From the NCBI GenBank assembly GCA_002104905.1, contig MCFE01000212.1, positions 63,293 through 127,292 of the forward strand: a stretch of DNA of 64,000 nucleotides, written 5' to 3'. How positions within the stretch are numbered: position 1 is the first letter of the stretch; each line of letters opens with the position of its first letter. The notes beneath the pieces were generated by a model that ran no database searches, had not been told where the DNA came from, and saw nothing but the letters and a program-made list of their open reading frames with translations. Both the position numbers and the translations under genes were made by a program. Origin of the DNA: Basidiobolus meristosporus CBS 931.73. Taxonomy: Eukaryota > Fungi > Basidiobolomycota. Below, one piece after another: positions 26,659 through 39,068 of this stretch.

Positions 26659-28431
26659 TCAGCGAGATTGGTAACCTGGGGACCACATGCGACTTTGCAC
26701 ATGTCGAACCAGCTGGATCCACGCGGGGCTGCCCACCTCGGCCGTCTCCCCGACGGGAAGGATGGAGAGGATCTCTGGCTCGGTGGCGAGGTTCTCCTTG
26801 ACCGCTTGACGGCAGACCGCGGCCGCCACCACTGCGGACACCTCCCGGATGCGGTCGATGCGCGGGTAGAGCAGGTGGCTCTTGCGTTCGTCCTCGGTCA
26901 AGGAGTCGGCCAACGCGGCCGCAGAGGCGTAGATGATGGTGTCGGTGATACGGGAGGGTCTGGCCAGGATGGCACCGAGTCCGAGTCCCGGGAAGATGTA
27001 CATGTTGTTGCCTTGTCCTGGGACGTGCTCCACTCCCTGCTCATCCTTGTAGCGGGGGAAAGCGGTGCCAGAGGCGAAGAGGACCTTGCCCTTGGTGTGG
27101 ATCATGGCTTGCTCGAAGGAGCACTCGGCTTGGGTGGCGGGGTTGGAGAGGGGGAACACGATGGGGCGTTCGTTGATCTTGGTCAGGATTTGAAGGACCT
27201 CCGGGGTGAACATGCCTTGCTGGGAGCTCAAGCCGATCAAGGCGGTAGGACGGACGTGCTCGATGGTCTCCTTGAGGTCCTTGAACTGCTTGCCCTCGTT
27301 GTCGTCACGTGCGAAGTAGACCTTGTGCTGGGCGAGCTTGTCGCCACGGTCCAGGGTGACCAAGCCCTTGGAGTCGTTCAACCAGAAAAGGCGTTTGGCC
27401 TCATCCTCGGTCATACCGTGCTCCAGTACGAAGTAGTCCATGATCTGCTTGGCCACCCCTACCGCGGCCGACCCCGCTCCGAAGAAGAGGAGCCTGTGCT
27501 GCTTGGCAGGGATACCGACCTCACGGACGGCGTTGATGAAGCCGGAAAGGATGACAGCCCCGGTGCCCTGGATATCGTCGTTGAAGCTAAGGTACCGCTC
27601 GCGGTGGCGGTCGAGGAGCTCGAACGCGTGCTCGGAGGAGAAATCCTCGAACTGGATGAGCATCTTGGGGAACGCCTTGTGAAGGGTGGCCAACACGGTG
27701 TCCACCGCGTTGTAAAACTCGTCCCCGTCGAGTCGCTTCCGGCGCAGTCCGAGGTAGAGGGGGTCGTCGAGGTTCTTCTGGTTGTTGGTTCCGAAGTCGA
27801 GGCAGATGGGGAGGGTCTTGCGGGGGTCGATACCGGCCGCGGCAACGTAGAGCTGTAGTTTGCCAACCGGGATGCCCATGCCGCCCACCCCAAGGTCGCC
27901 AAGGCCAAGGATACGGGAGCCGTCGGTGAGGACTGCGATGTCCGGTCTGAGCTCGGAGTCGGGAAGGGAGTTCCGGTAGTTTTCGAGGATCCGGTCGAGG
28001 TGGGGAAGATCCTCGACGGAGATGAACAACCCGTCAAAGGACCCCTCCGGGTGGAGAAAGGGGTAAATGTGGGAGTAGTTCACGCATGCGTTGCCCACGG
28101 TGGGGGTGTATATGATGGGCATGAGCTCCTCCGGCGAGGTGAGGACCATGCGGTAGAACAGGTTGGTGTTGGTGTGTCGCAGGTTGGACAGAAAGAGGTA
28201 CCTCTCCATGTGGTTGGCCTTGCCACGGAACTGCTCGAAGGCGCGGGTGAGTTGGTTCTCCAACGTCTCCACCGCGGGTGGTAAGAGTCCTCGTAAACGA
28301 AGCTGATCCCGCTCCGCCATCGACGTGGCCGTGCTCTTGGCGGCAAAAGCAGAGATCCCTTTGGCCGTGTAGGAACGGCTCACGAAGGAGTGGAGCAGAC
28401 GAGAGGGCGCGACACGACGTAGTGCTAACAT
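26659..28431 (-). CDS. Malic enzyme (probably NADP-dependent), likely mitochondrial
   Basis: Intronless 590-aa ORF; YTPTVG, TDGSRILGLGDLG, QFEDF, FNDDIQGTG, GAGSA, LSNP, QGNN motifs; Arg/Ser-rich acid-free N-terminal extension; DSK...HK as in NADP-type enzymes. Confidence 0.95.
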   Translation of the reverse strand: MLALRRVAPSRLLHSFVSRSYTAKGISAFAAKSTATSMAERDQLRLRGLLPPAVETLENQLTRAFEQFRGKANHMERYLFLSNLRHTNTNLFYRMVLTSPEELMPIIYTPTVGNACVNYSHIYPFLHPEGSFDGLFISVEDLPHLDRILENYRNSLPDSELRPDIAVLTDGSRILGLGDLGVGGMGIPVGKLQLYVAAAGIDPRKTLPICLDFGTNNQKNLDDPLYLGLRRKRLDGDEFYNAVDTVLATLHKAFPKMLIQFEDFSSEHAFELLDRHRERYLSFNDDIQGTGAVILSGFINAVREVGIPAKQHRLLFFGAGSAAVGVAKQIMDYFVLEHGMTEDEAKRLFWLNDSKGLVTLDRGDKLAQHKVYFARDDNEGKQFKDLKETIEHVRPTALIGLSSQQGMFTPEVLQILTKINERPIVFPLSNPATQAECSFEQAMIHTKGKVLFASGTAFPRYKDEQGVEHVPGQGNNMYIFPGLGLGAILARPSRITDTIIYASAAALADSLTEDERKSHLLYPRIDRIREVSAVVAAAVCRQAVKENLATEPEILSILPVGETAEVGSPAWIQLVRHVQSRMWSPGYQSR

Positions 28432-29673
28432 TTGAGTGGCGAAAGTAGCATGAGCAGCACGAAACGCATCAACAAACTGATATTGTTCATAGGGCGGGGG
28501 CTGGGGTCAGGGTGATGTGATGGTGATGTTGACAATAGGAGTAGGTTGAAAATCAAGCGTCGTCACGCTGATTTGCCGATGACTTGATCCCCGATCACGA
28601 CTTATCACCAACAAATCCCCCTGAGCCGTCCTAACCATCCAGATCCAAGTCAGGCTGGCGACAGATGAGTAACAATGAGTGGTTAGGCTTCCCAGGCGTC
28701 CAACCCTAACGTACGTGACCCACCCACCTAAACTTTAATGCCAACTCACTTATTTATAGTCGCTTCACACGGACTTAGTCATCATTAGCCAGCCTTGGTA
28801 AAGTCTCGGCGTTCCGTCCTCGTCCGCGACGGGAAAGGAAAGCATGTTTCAAGTTCTTATGACCCAGTTGGTTGTCGAGGATCGTACCTTCCTCTAGGGG
28901 AATTCCAGCCCCGATCTAGATCTCATCGCTCGAGGCAGCGTCGGTTCCGACCCTTCGGTATCCCAGGATTGCATCAGGCTGAAGGGCTCGACGTGGTACA
29001 CTTCGTTCGACAACCAGCAGTCCACCGGATTTCGCTTGCGGCACGTCAACGATCGCCCTTCGCTCGAGATAATCACTGGGAAGGCGGAAGATGGCCAGAT
29101 GCTGATTAATCGCATCTTCTCCTGGGCCAGATTATCTCTCTTATACGCGAGCTGGGCACCGTCGTCGGGTCGATTATCAAACGCTGGCCACGATTATCGG
29201 GGAAAGTGATACGTTCTACAGCCTTCCCGGAATCCACCGGGCAGGCTGATTCACGGTCGGGATGCCTCGTAGGCATCATGATGCTCGATGCGCTCATTGG
29301 TCCGTGTGACATTCATTTGGTGACATCCAGTTATGACTTAGATTAGATGTAGATGTAAGGGTTGCTGAAGGGACACCGTCCTCATCCCACATCCCACCAC
29401 CCATCACCCGCCATACACCAGCGCGGCGAGCATCCCATCCGCCATGTGATACCAGACAAAACATGGCATTCATCGCATACCCCGTACTGCACGCTGGAGC
29501 TGGATTTGGAATCCACCGTAGTTCATGCGATCAAGGGAATTGCTGGATCGGTTTCAAGCCCCAATCCGCACTGTTTGGTAGGTGGCCGGAGAACCTATAA
29601 ATGGCTCCGCTCGCACCCATGAAACGGCACTCGTTTTCCATCTTCGATCACCCACCCGCCCACCAAATCAAGC

Positions 29674-31401
29674 ATGACCAACAACATTCGTTCCTCTTTC
29701 GTCGCCCAGGGTACCGCCACCTCCGAGGCGGACCGCGACGCTTACAAGTTGCGTGGTTTGATGCCCGCCGTGGTCGAGACCTTGGAAAAACAAGCCACCC
29801 GTGCATTCGAACAGCTTCGCAACAAGACCAGCGACTTGGAGAAGTACATCTTCTTGGCTTGGTTGAGAAACACCAACACCCGTCTTTTCTACAAGCTGGT
29901 CATGGACTCCCCTGAGGAGATCATGCCCCTCATCTACACCCCCACCGTCGGTGCCGCCTGCGTCAATTACTCTCACATTTATCCATTCCTCGGCCCCAAC
30001 GGCAACTTCGACGGGCTCTTCATATCCATCGACGATCTCCCCATCATCGATCAGATCATCGAGAACTACAAGAACTCCCTTCCCAGCTCCGAGATCTCCC
30101 CCGATATCGCTGTTGTCACCGACGGTTCCCGCATTCTTGGTCTTGGCGATCTTGGCGTGGGCGGCATGGGCATCCCCGTCGGCAAGCTTCAGCTCTACGT
30201 TGCTGCTGCCGGTATCGACCCCCGCAAGACCCTCCCCATCTGCCTCGACTTCGGAACCAACAACCAGAAGAACCTCGACGACCCCCTCTACATTGGTCTC
30301 CGCAGAAACAGACCCGAGGACCCTGAGTTCTACCAAGCCGTGGACACCGTTCTTGCCTCTTTGAACAAGGCGTTCCCCAAGATGCTCATCCAGTTCGAGG
30401 ATTTCTCCTCCGAGCACGCGTTCGAGCTCCTCGACCGCCACCGCGAGCGGTACCTTAGCTTCAACGACGATATCCAGGGCACCGGGGCCGTCATCCTTTC
30501 CGGCTTCATCAACGCCGTCCGTGAAGTCGGTATCCCTGCCAAGCAGCACAAGCTTCTCTTCTTCGGAGCCGGATCCGCCGGTGTCGGAGTTGCCAAGCAG
30601 ATCATGGACTACTTCGTACTGGAGCACGGTATGACCGAGGATGAGGCCAAACGCCTTTTCTGGTTGAACGACTCCAAGGGCTTGGTCACCCTGGACCGTG
30701 GCGACAAGCTCGCCCAGCACAAGGTCTACTTCGCACGTGACGACAACGAGGGCAAGCAGTTCAAGGACCTCAAGGAGACCATCAAGCACGTTCGTCCTAC
30801 CGCCTTGATCGGCTTGAGCTCCCAAGGTGGCGTCTTCACCCCCGAGATCCTCGAACTTCTGGCTGAGATCAACGAACGCCCCATCGTGTTCCCCCTCTCC
30901 AACCCCGCCACCCAAGCCGAGTGCTCCTTCGAGCAAGCCATGATCCACACCAAGGGCAAGGTCCTCTTCGCCTCTGGCACCGCCTTCCCCCGCTACAAGG
31001 ATGAGCAGGGAGTGGAGCACGTCCCAGGACAAGGCAACAACATGTACATCTTCCCGGGACTCGGACTCGGTGCCATCCTGGCCAGACCCTCCCGTATCAC
31101 CGACACCATCATCTACGCCTCTGCGGCCGCGTTGGCCGACTCCTTGACCGAGAACGAACGCAAGAGCCACCTGCTCTACCCTCGCATCGACCGCATCCGG
31201 GAGGTGTCCGCAGTGGTGGCGGCCGCAGTCTGCCGTCAAGCGGTCAAGGAGAACCTCGCCACCGAGCCAGAGATCCTCTCCATCCTTCCCGTCGGGGAGA
31301 CAGCCGAGGTTGGAACCCCAGCCTGGGATGAGTTGATCAAGCACGTCGAGGGCAACATGTGGAAACCTGTTTACGAAACCGAGATTATCAGCAGAATGTA
31401 A
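29674..31401 (+). CDS. Malic enzyme paralogue (probably NADP-dependent), likely cytosolic
   Basis: Intronless 575-aa ORF, same motifs, no presequence. Confidence 0.95.
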   Translation: MTNNIRSSFVAQGTATSEADRDAYKLRGLMPAVVETLEKQATRAFEQLRNKTSDLEKYIFLAWLRNTNTRLFYKLVMDSPEEIMPLIYTPTVGAACVNYSHIYPFLGPNGNFDGLFISIDDLPIIDQIIENYKNSLPSSEISPDIAVVTDGSRILGLGDLGVGGMGIPVGKLQLYVAAAGIDPRKTLPICLDFGTNNQKNLDDPLYIGLRRNRPEDPEFYQAVDTVLASLNKAFPKMLIQFEDFSSEHAFELLDRHRERYLSFNDDIQGTGAVILSGFINAVREVGIPAKQHKLLFFGAGSAGVGVAKQIMDYFVLEHGMTEDEAKRLFWLNDSKGLVTLDRGDKLAQHKVYFARDDNEGKQFKDLKETIKHVRPTALIGLSSQGGVFTPEILELLAEINERPIVFPLSNPATQAECSFEQAMIHTKGKVLFASGTAFPRYKDEQGVEHVPGQGNNMYIFPGLGLGAILARPSRITDTIIYASAAALADSLTENERKSHLLYPRIDRIREVSAVVAAAVCRQAVKENLATEPEILSILPVGETAEVGTPAWDELIKHVEGNMWKPVYETEIISRM

Positions 31402-31879
31402 ATCTGGTCCACACGTTACACTTGCATCATCTCACCACCGACCACACCACGCACACACACACACACACGCACACGCACACATCTCCACTCCCTACATTAA
31501 TCCAACCCATCTGGCCCAGTTGTAAATCGATGGCAGTCCACTATCCTTATCCTTATCCTTATCCTTAACCTTACCCTTGAGCTTGCTCCGATCCCAACCC
31601 CGTGATCCAAATAAAATGCTAAACTGTTGGGTGCATACAACCTCTTTCGTCCACGATTCCGCGTGGCGTGATCTGGCCATCTTTCGCATTAGTAATCAGG
31701 TGGTAGGCAACGTAGATGATAACCATGAAATGGCCGGAATCGTTTATAAGTCACATGGTGAGAACTGCCATCGTTCGCACTATGATTCATGTGGGTGTGG
31801 GTGTGGGTGTGAATGAGCGTGAGGATGAGGATGCTCAGGATAAGGTTGCTGATGGCGAGAACAAGGCGGTTTATTGGTG

Positions 31880-33006
31880 CTAGCCCTCGATGACAGGGGG
31901 GGAGTTTTTCTGAAGGGCCTTCTGTCGCTGATAGAATGCATGGGGGATGATTCTGCATGCCACGGTGTCACAGAGCTGGGGGGTCTTGGCTTTGTCAAGG
32001 AACTCGAAGAAGGTCAACCCCGAGGATTTCTCCAACGCCTCCACCGGCACCACGAACTGCTCGAGTGGGGTGTCGTCGGGGATGGGCGCGTTGGGCAACA
32101 CGAAGGCACCCAGCGCATACTGCTGCTGGTTCTTCACCCCGAGAATGACCTTGTAGAAGTGGGTGGGGACGGCGACGTTGGGTGGGTTGCCGATCATCTC
32201 GTACTTCACGTACCACTTGCGATCGCCCTCGTCGTAATGGGGCAGGTAGAGTGGCCCGGTGATGATGTACACGTCCGAAAAACTCTTGGTCAACTCCCGA
32301 CCGAAGTTCTCCAGGTGCGCCCAGTAGTCTCGGTTAAAGCCTTGGCCCACCTGGGGACTGATGTTCGTCATGAAGAAGGTGTCGTCCATGCCCTCCTGGG
32401 AATTCTTGGCATCCGCCGCAGGCATCATGTGGCCGCGGTCGTATCCGCTACGGAAGTAATCGGCCAGCTTGGCCCGATACATCTCCGGAAGGCTGGTGTC
32501 TTCCTTGAAGGTGGACTTGCTACGGTCCACCCCCTCCCGCTCATTACGCTTCAGGCTTTCGACGGTGATGTGTTCGGCGACCTAGGGGAAGAGACCCACG
32601 TCAGTACTACCGCTACCCAGCGCTTTCAACCAACCATAGACCATACCCAATTAGGATTCCGCAACTGGCGGTTGTAGGAGGCGACGTACGACTTGCGGTA
32701 TTTGATATCGGAGATGGGACCTGGTTCGAGCAAGCATTAGTAGGACCCCAAAATGGTTACAGGGAAAAGCAAACATTCACCTGGGAAACCGAACTTCATA
32801 ATCTGCTTTCCAATCTCGATGTTGTTTTGCGGGGGAACGGGTACCTGAGGCCGTGGTACGGCTACTGGCGCGGCAGAGGGCACCGGTGCAGGCAAGCCAG
32901 TGACTACGGGGGAGACCTTTGGCTTCTGGGACTGGTTGTATACGGCCAAGCCAATGGCACCTACGACAGTACCACCTGCGAATAGTGCGATACTTCTTGC
33001 CGACAT
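31880..33006 (-). CDS. NUC1: Mitochondrial DNA/RNA non-specific endonuclease (EndoG/Nuc1); exons 33006-32781, 32720-32647, 32581-31880
   Basis: YDRGH catalytic motif, FFMTNISPQ, FNRDYW, VPTHFYK; two GT-AG introns (32780-32721, 32646-32582) with CTAAT/CTGAC branch sites give FGFPGPISD...RNPNWVAEH. Confidence 0.93.
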
Positions 33007-33257
33007 CGTTGGAGAGGAACCCAAGGTGGGGAGGGAAAAATGCTTCGATACCCTTCATTTACCCCATCAATTTCCATGCATCCCTTTCTGATTAGATTGG
33101 ATTTACAATGGCACCCCTCTCTTCGGCCAATCGCCTTCTCCTCATCCATTTACCATGTGCGTCTTCTTCCCTCTGGCAAGCCATCTACCACAACTTCTTT
33201 TTGCTTACCCGCCCCTGGTTTCTAGCGAACATGCTTGGTTTTATTATGGAGAGTTGC

Positions 33258-33810
33258 TTACTGCAGCCTGTCTATTACATAAGCCACGTCCTGCTGCCAT
33301 AGCAGGGAGCTGTTCCTCTTCCACCTGAGAATGGCGTCGTTTGCGACCCCGAACTCGAGGAACCCCTCCTGGGACTGCAGGTGGGCCTTCACTTCGCGAA
33401 GGTCCGCCGTGCAACTCCGCACCATGTTCTTAAACTCGAAAACGCCGACGCTCTCGTAATCCTCCGCCTTGATGATGCAGCAGTTTTGTGAACAGGGGAA
33501 CTTCTGGGCGTCCGTGTGTTGTTGACCTGCGCATATCCTGGCCATGGCAAGCACCAGGAAGAGTTGGCCCAAGCCGAGCATACTGTTTATGGGTGTTATC
33601 GAAAATACGGGAAAGCGGGAGATCGTCTACTGCGATGGCGGTGAACAGGGCGTTCATTCTTTCTCTTTCCTCTTTTATATGCTCTGTTAGATGTTGGTAG
33701 AATCCCTTCTTGCTCTCTAGGGGTATGCATACGGATTGGCATTCGAGGAGGTTCTTCAGGCTGAAGGAGCAATCGGAATTGTCAATGCGTACACACGGAT
33801 GGTGGGGCAA
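33258..33810 (-). CDS. Unassigned CpG-rich coding fragment(s), possibly the 3' end of a gene cut by the adjacent transposon zone
   Basis: 33258-33581 has the C/G-ending codon bias of the neighbouring genes; overlapping ORF in another frame; no recognised motif. Confidence 0.3.
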
Positions 33811-34968
33811 AGCTGGCCTGGATCAAAGTGGCGCATGATGGTTCATGGAAAGTGGTCTGATCTACATATATGTACATAAAAAGGGCAATATGCTCCAGAA
33901 TTTCATGCACTTTGCTCTGCTAATAGGCAACTTGTTTGTCCCCTGCATGTTATCAATGTTTGCATTCCGAATTACTCCAAGTCAGATGATCAATATAACT
34001 TGGAATGGTGTCTACTTCTTATCTTTATTGCTGAGTACAATGAAGTGGAATCAGCTCAACATGGGTTGGTCCTGCACCTGTCCCTCTGGCAAGGGTACGT
34101 TGGAATCTAAATCTATTCAAATGACTTCATTATATCAACTTTGGAAGGATCCTGGCAAGCTCAGTTGGACCTCATACTGATTGATATGATTGAGTATATT
34201 CACTGGCAGTATAGCTCCTGAAGATTGAGCAACCAATGGAGGCATATGACATGCATTGGGAGTCTCACAGCTGAAACTGTTGCATTTCCTCTAAGTTATT
34301 ATTTTGAGTCATCACCTGAATCTCAACCTATGGACTGTAGTATCCCTATGAGAAATCTCAAACTAGGAATTCATCTGATTTTCAGCCAGCATTCTGCTGG
34401 TGTTTTTTCTTCAAATTTTCAGTTGCAATTTTTGGCAGATGTAGTGAGCAGCTGATGACCACATTTGGGATGAATACCAATTGGCCTGGTCTCCTCCTAG
34501 AAAATATGTCTGCTTGTCTGCCCAAAAGCTAGTACCTGAGATATTGAGAGTTGTCGTTTGTGAGAAACTTGGAGCTCAGCTGATATTATGATGGTATTTT
34601 GCTGGATGTTTCTCAATTTCTTCACTTAGGGAGTACCTCAGCATATTCTGATACCTACATTGTTCTTGATATGGCTCAGCTCCTGAAAATATGATTACTT
34701 CTGCATCAGCCAAAATTCTTCTGACTCCTAACAAATGTTTCAGAGGCCCTTTGAGCACATTTCTTCTACTAATCTACCTAAAATCCTGTACAAGTACTCT
34801 GTAGTTTTTTCTTGAAGTGGGCACCTTCCCAACAGAGACATCAAATTTTAATTGTGCCTATCATTTTGCAAGTGATTCTCACTTTTTAGGGTATAATATC
34901 ACTGGGAGTAGCAATCCAGTTGCTGCCAAAGCTTGTGTGCCATAATCTCTGATGTTGAGGGTTGTAAA

Positions 34969-35671
34969 TGTTGCAATATTCAAAGGAGTGTTGGGAGTGA
35001 TGTGGAGAACTAAAGGACCTGAATGTTATTCACTTAGAGGCTTATTGATCAGAAGTATAGTATTTATACTTCTAATAAAGTAAGACAAACAAGTAAGTAG
35101 AGTGCTGTAAGAGTATTGGAGATATTACAGGTGATTTGGAGACCAAGTAGATTATGTAGTTTTCATTCAATGATTTATTGAATGTAAAAGTAATATTTAT
35201 ACTTATACATAGTCTTCGCATGACATATATGCGCAATAGGTCTGGGAAGGTCCCAGGAACATGTGTGCAAAGTCTTATAGCTGTTTGAACACATTTGAGA
35301 ATTCTCATGCTTTGGGAATCTGTTGTTTTGATGAGTATATTATGAGTAAATCCTAACAAGCAGCTTGGTCAGTATTCACTACAATTTGTAAGTAATAATC
35401 TAAGTGGCTAAGTTAGGTGAGTATTTATGTGGAATTACAGATTCTTACAGCATAGAGTTTGCTGAAGAAGGTCCCACAATGATGTGTGCAAAGTTTGGGG
35501 TCTTTTGGACAACTTTGAGAGAGGTCATGATCTTGGTATCTGCTAATTTGGTAAAAATATTCCAAGTAAATCCCAACAAGAAATTTGGTCAGGACAGGAT
35601 GCTAACCACAGAGCAAGATCTGTGTGAATGAGTTAGCATGAATATTTAGGTGACAACTTAATAATACAACA
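34969..35671 (-). repeat. Older Copia solo LTR interrupted by a younger one
   Basis: 34969-35102 plus 35458-35671 rebuild an about 348-bp LTR with TGTTG...CAACA ends. Confidence 0.7.
35103..35452 (-). repeat. Copia solo LTR (350 bp) with perfect TSD
   Basis: TGCTG...CAGCA ends; TAGAG at 35098-35102 and 35453-35457; homologous to 10329-10675. Confidence 0.85.
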
Positions 35672-36895
35672 GTGACCATAAGGAAACCTGGATATTCATT
35701 GATATTTTGCTAATATTACTCACTTATAGGACTTGAAATTGCTGTCTCTATGCAAATATGAAGTGACAACCAAATATTACTGGCTTGGTACTTGCAGGCA
35801 TCCACCACTACTTAAATTACTGCATCAAGTATCAAAGCTTCTATCCATCATGTGCTAAACCTGCATCATATTCTTGAGCACAAGCCATGTATTACATTTA
35901 CTGTTAGTGTCTTATTCTTGGAAGCTAGTTCTTTGACGCTGCTTGCTTACAGATGTATTGTCTATTAAGCTTACTACTGGATATTTGGCAGTGTTGGGTG
36001 CTTCAGCAAAGTTAATTTTGATTTGCAAATGTTGTAAGATTCCAGGATGAACCAGAGAGATCTGGGGAATTTGAACAGTCATGAGTTTTTTGACTTGCTG
36101 TTTTTTGAGTTCAGATAAACCAATGATTTGTCTGGCAATAAACAGTTGAACTAAAAAGAGCAATGCTCAAAGGAAGGTCCCAGAAAGTGGTGTGCCAGCT
36201 CAAGTGCATTTTCAAGAGCTCAAAGATATTGACAATTTCTATACCTTCACTGATTATCAGAGTTAGTAATTATCTTACAAACCTAATACCAGGTACAAAC
36301 TCCATTGTCAGGCAATAAACCAAGTTCATTGTTTTGCTATGTGGAAGATTAAGGGTGAATCACATTATTGCAGTCACAAATCAGCTCCCAAGTATACAAG
36401 CTCACTTCAATTAGATTCTTTGATATGTTTAGCCCAAATGATCAGCTATGAGGTAGTTTTGTGCCAACAAGAATTGATCTGTAACAAACTCTAGATTGAT
36501 TTTTTGGTCAGAGCATGTTCAGATGCATGTCAATGATTGAATCTGCACAAACACTGCACATAGCTTTATGGCCATAGGAGTAAAGGGCTTGGCTACAGGC
36601 CATCAGATTCTTTCTTTGCTACTCAGGATATAACTGTCATGTGATGATCATAGTGCAAGTGCTGTATATTATATGTATATATATCAGTTGTCATGCCTTA
36701 TATTGATGATATTAGTATTCTGTTCAGACTATATCATTTGTATATACTATATGTAATATAGAGATCTCTGATATTGAGATTGCTGGAATGATGTAATAAG
36801 TAAACTCTTTGCAATTTAACAGTCTTAGCTTCTCTGTTAGCAATACTGAATTTCCAGTAGCTGTGTACTTTGTGATGAGAACAGTGTGCCAATAG

Positions 36896-37240
36896 TTTTG
36901 CACAAATTCAAACCTAATCCTAGAGTGGTTAGGAGAACAAGTAGACAATGTGGCTTTGACTTAATAGTTGATTGAATGTACAAGAAGTACTCCTACATTT
37001 ACATGGTTTTGACAATGCAAACATGTAGAATATGTTTAGGAAGGTCCCAAGTACATGTGTGAATGTTTAGGGCTCTCTGGTCAACTTTGATAATTCCAGT
37101 GTTCTGGGTACCTGATGTTCTTGGTGAAAATATTTTAAGTCCTTTAAGGAATTTGGTCAGTGCTCACCATGACTTGAAGGTAATGATCTAAGTGACTATG
37201 ATATGTGAATATTTAGGTGGAATTTCAAATTTTGACAACA
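36896..37240 (-). repeat. Copia solo LTR, decayed
   Basis: Homologous to 10329-10675; ends tttgacaaca; left boundary approximate. Confidence 0.7.
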
Positions 37241-38289
37241 GCCAAACACCAAAATCCTAAACATAGGCCCTTGGGACCTTTTGAATATACTTTGCATAGT
37301 TTTCTTGTTGGCACCATGCAAATATATACACACTACTTCTACCATATAATAATCATTCAGCAAGTACTGCAAAATCTACTTGTTCTGTTTATCACTTTAA
37401 ATATCTCTGGAGCTCTTATGACACCATCTCCACAGGATTTGGAACTTTACAATAACAACCTACCACAACTGTTATGAGGCTGAGCGCATTTAGATGGCCT
37501 CCCAATGATCAGCTTGTAGCTGTATGGTGACCATGTGGTGCTAGGCTGCTTTTACTGGGATTCTGCAAGTCTCTGGTCATAACCAGCATTAGAGTGATGC
37601 TTGCAATGTTGTTATACTCCCCCTTTCAGACAATCTAGCACTTGAAATGCCACTTATAGTCTGCTGTATTAGATAGTATCCTACAAAGAGTGATTGAGAA
37701 AAGCCTGCAAAGTACCATCAGAATATCAGGTGAATTCTTAGATTCACAGTACCAACAACTCTTAATATCTTGTGCGTTGGTTGTGGGGCAGACCAGCAGA
37801 TAAACTTTCAAGGAGGAGACTATGACAAGTGGTATTCATACCAAATTTGGTAATGAACTGCTCACTACTGCTATCAAAGATTACAACTGAAAACTTGAAG
37901 GAAAAACATAGGGTCAATACAAGCAAAATACTATTGGAACACCAGCACAATGATGGCTAAAATTCAGATGAATTTCAAGTCTGAGGTTTTTCATAGTAGA
38001 ATTTTGCTGGCATTTAGCTGGTAATCTCCCTTGGTATTCCTGATTGTAAGTCTAAATGAAAGTAACACTTTTTTCCAGTTGATAGTGCCAAAGAGCACTA
38101 TCCAGTGTATAGAGGCAGATCTATACAGCACTTTGTGGAATATTATGACATGGTAAAAAACTGAAAAAACCAATACTCCATGCTTCAATCCTAGCATATT
38201 CAAAATATTAACAAAAATATTAAGCTATGCTTCAATGCAAAGGTTAGGTGCCATACCATCCCAGTTGGACAACCAAGACAATGAATAAG

Positions 38290-38570
38290 TTATATACCTT
38301 GCAAGCTGCTTTACACAAAAATTAAGAAAAACAACCTGAGTCTCATCTAAAAAAGCTTACACTAGTGCAGGTGGTGGAGCATATTTGGTAATACTTGTCA
38401 GGATGGAGATTTCAAATACATACCAACCATAGGGCCCCACTATACATGTTTAGTCTGCTAAAGCCAATTGTCAGAATAGCTCACTGTGAAAATATACTGA
38501 TGGAGAAAAATTTCATAACTTACCATTTTAGAGGAAAGAGAACCCCAGCTGATTGCTTGCCAAGCTTATT
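38290..38570 (+). mobile_element. Decayed Gypsy RNase H fragment
   Basis: FQIHTNHRAPLY...RIAHCE.IL...F..YHFRGKRTPADCL resembles F.I.TDH..L.Y...RW...L..F...Y.PG....AD.L. Confidence 0.55.
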
Positions 38571-39068
38571 TCATGAGGTCAAAGTAATTGCAACAAAAAT
38601 ATGCACTATGTTAAAGGAAAAAAGTAAAAAAAGCAACATCCAAGGACCATTATAATCTTATCACTATATGACCCTACTCCTTTTATGAGCAGAAAAGTTG
38701 GTAAAAACTACACAATGAGAATCAGAAGTAATATCCAAAGACTTGGTGAAAAATTCTAGGAGGTGTTGCCAGAAGGGTAGAAAAAGAAGTGGTGCAAGAA
38801 ACCCATCATCAACATCACTGGGCTGCATATACCTGGCATCTAGTAAGGCAAAAATACACTGTACCACCCCTATACAGAAGAGTATAAGAAATTGCTCAGG
38901 AATACACACTACATATAAGATATCAGAATAATCTACATACAACTCACCTGGATCAAGATCATAATGCATGCAACTGGCCATTAAAAGTCCTAGGAATTCA
39001 CTTCATGGAACCAATCAAACAAACAAACCACAGAAGCAATATATACTAGTATTTTTGGACCACACTAC

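Noticed and set aside
26526-26801. PT-repeat ORF
   Set aside because: ACACCT-type microsatellite downstream of the malic enzyme stop; the ORF overlaps the real gene antisense
26668-27858. 396-aa plus-strand ORF (also 29668-31344, 558 aa, and 31874-32677, 267 aa)
   Set aside because: Antisense shadows of the malic enzyme and NUC1 genes caused by strong C/G third-position bias; no independent motifs
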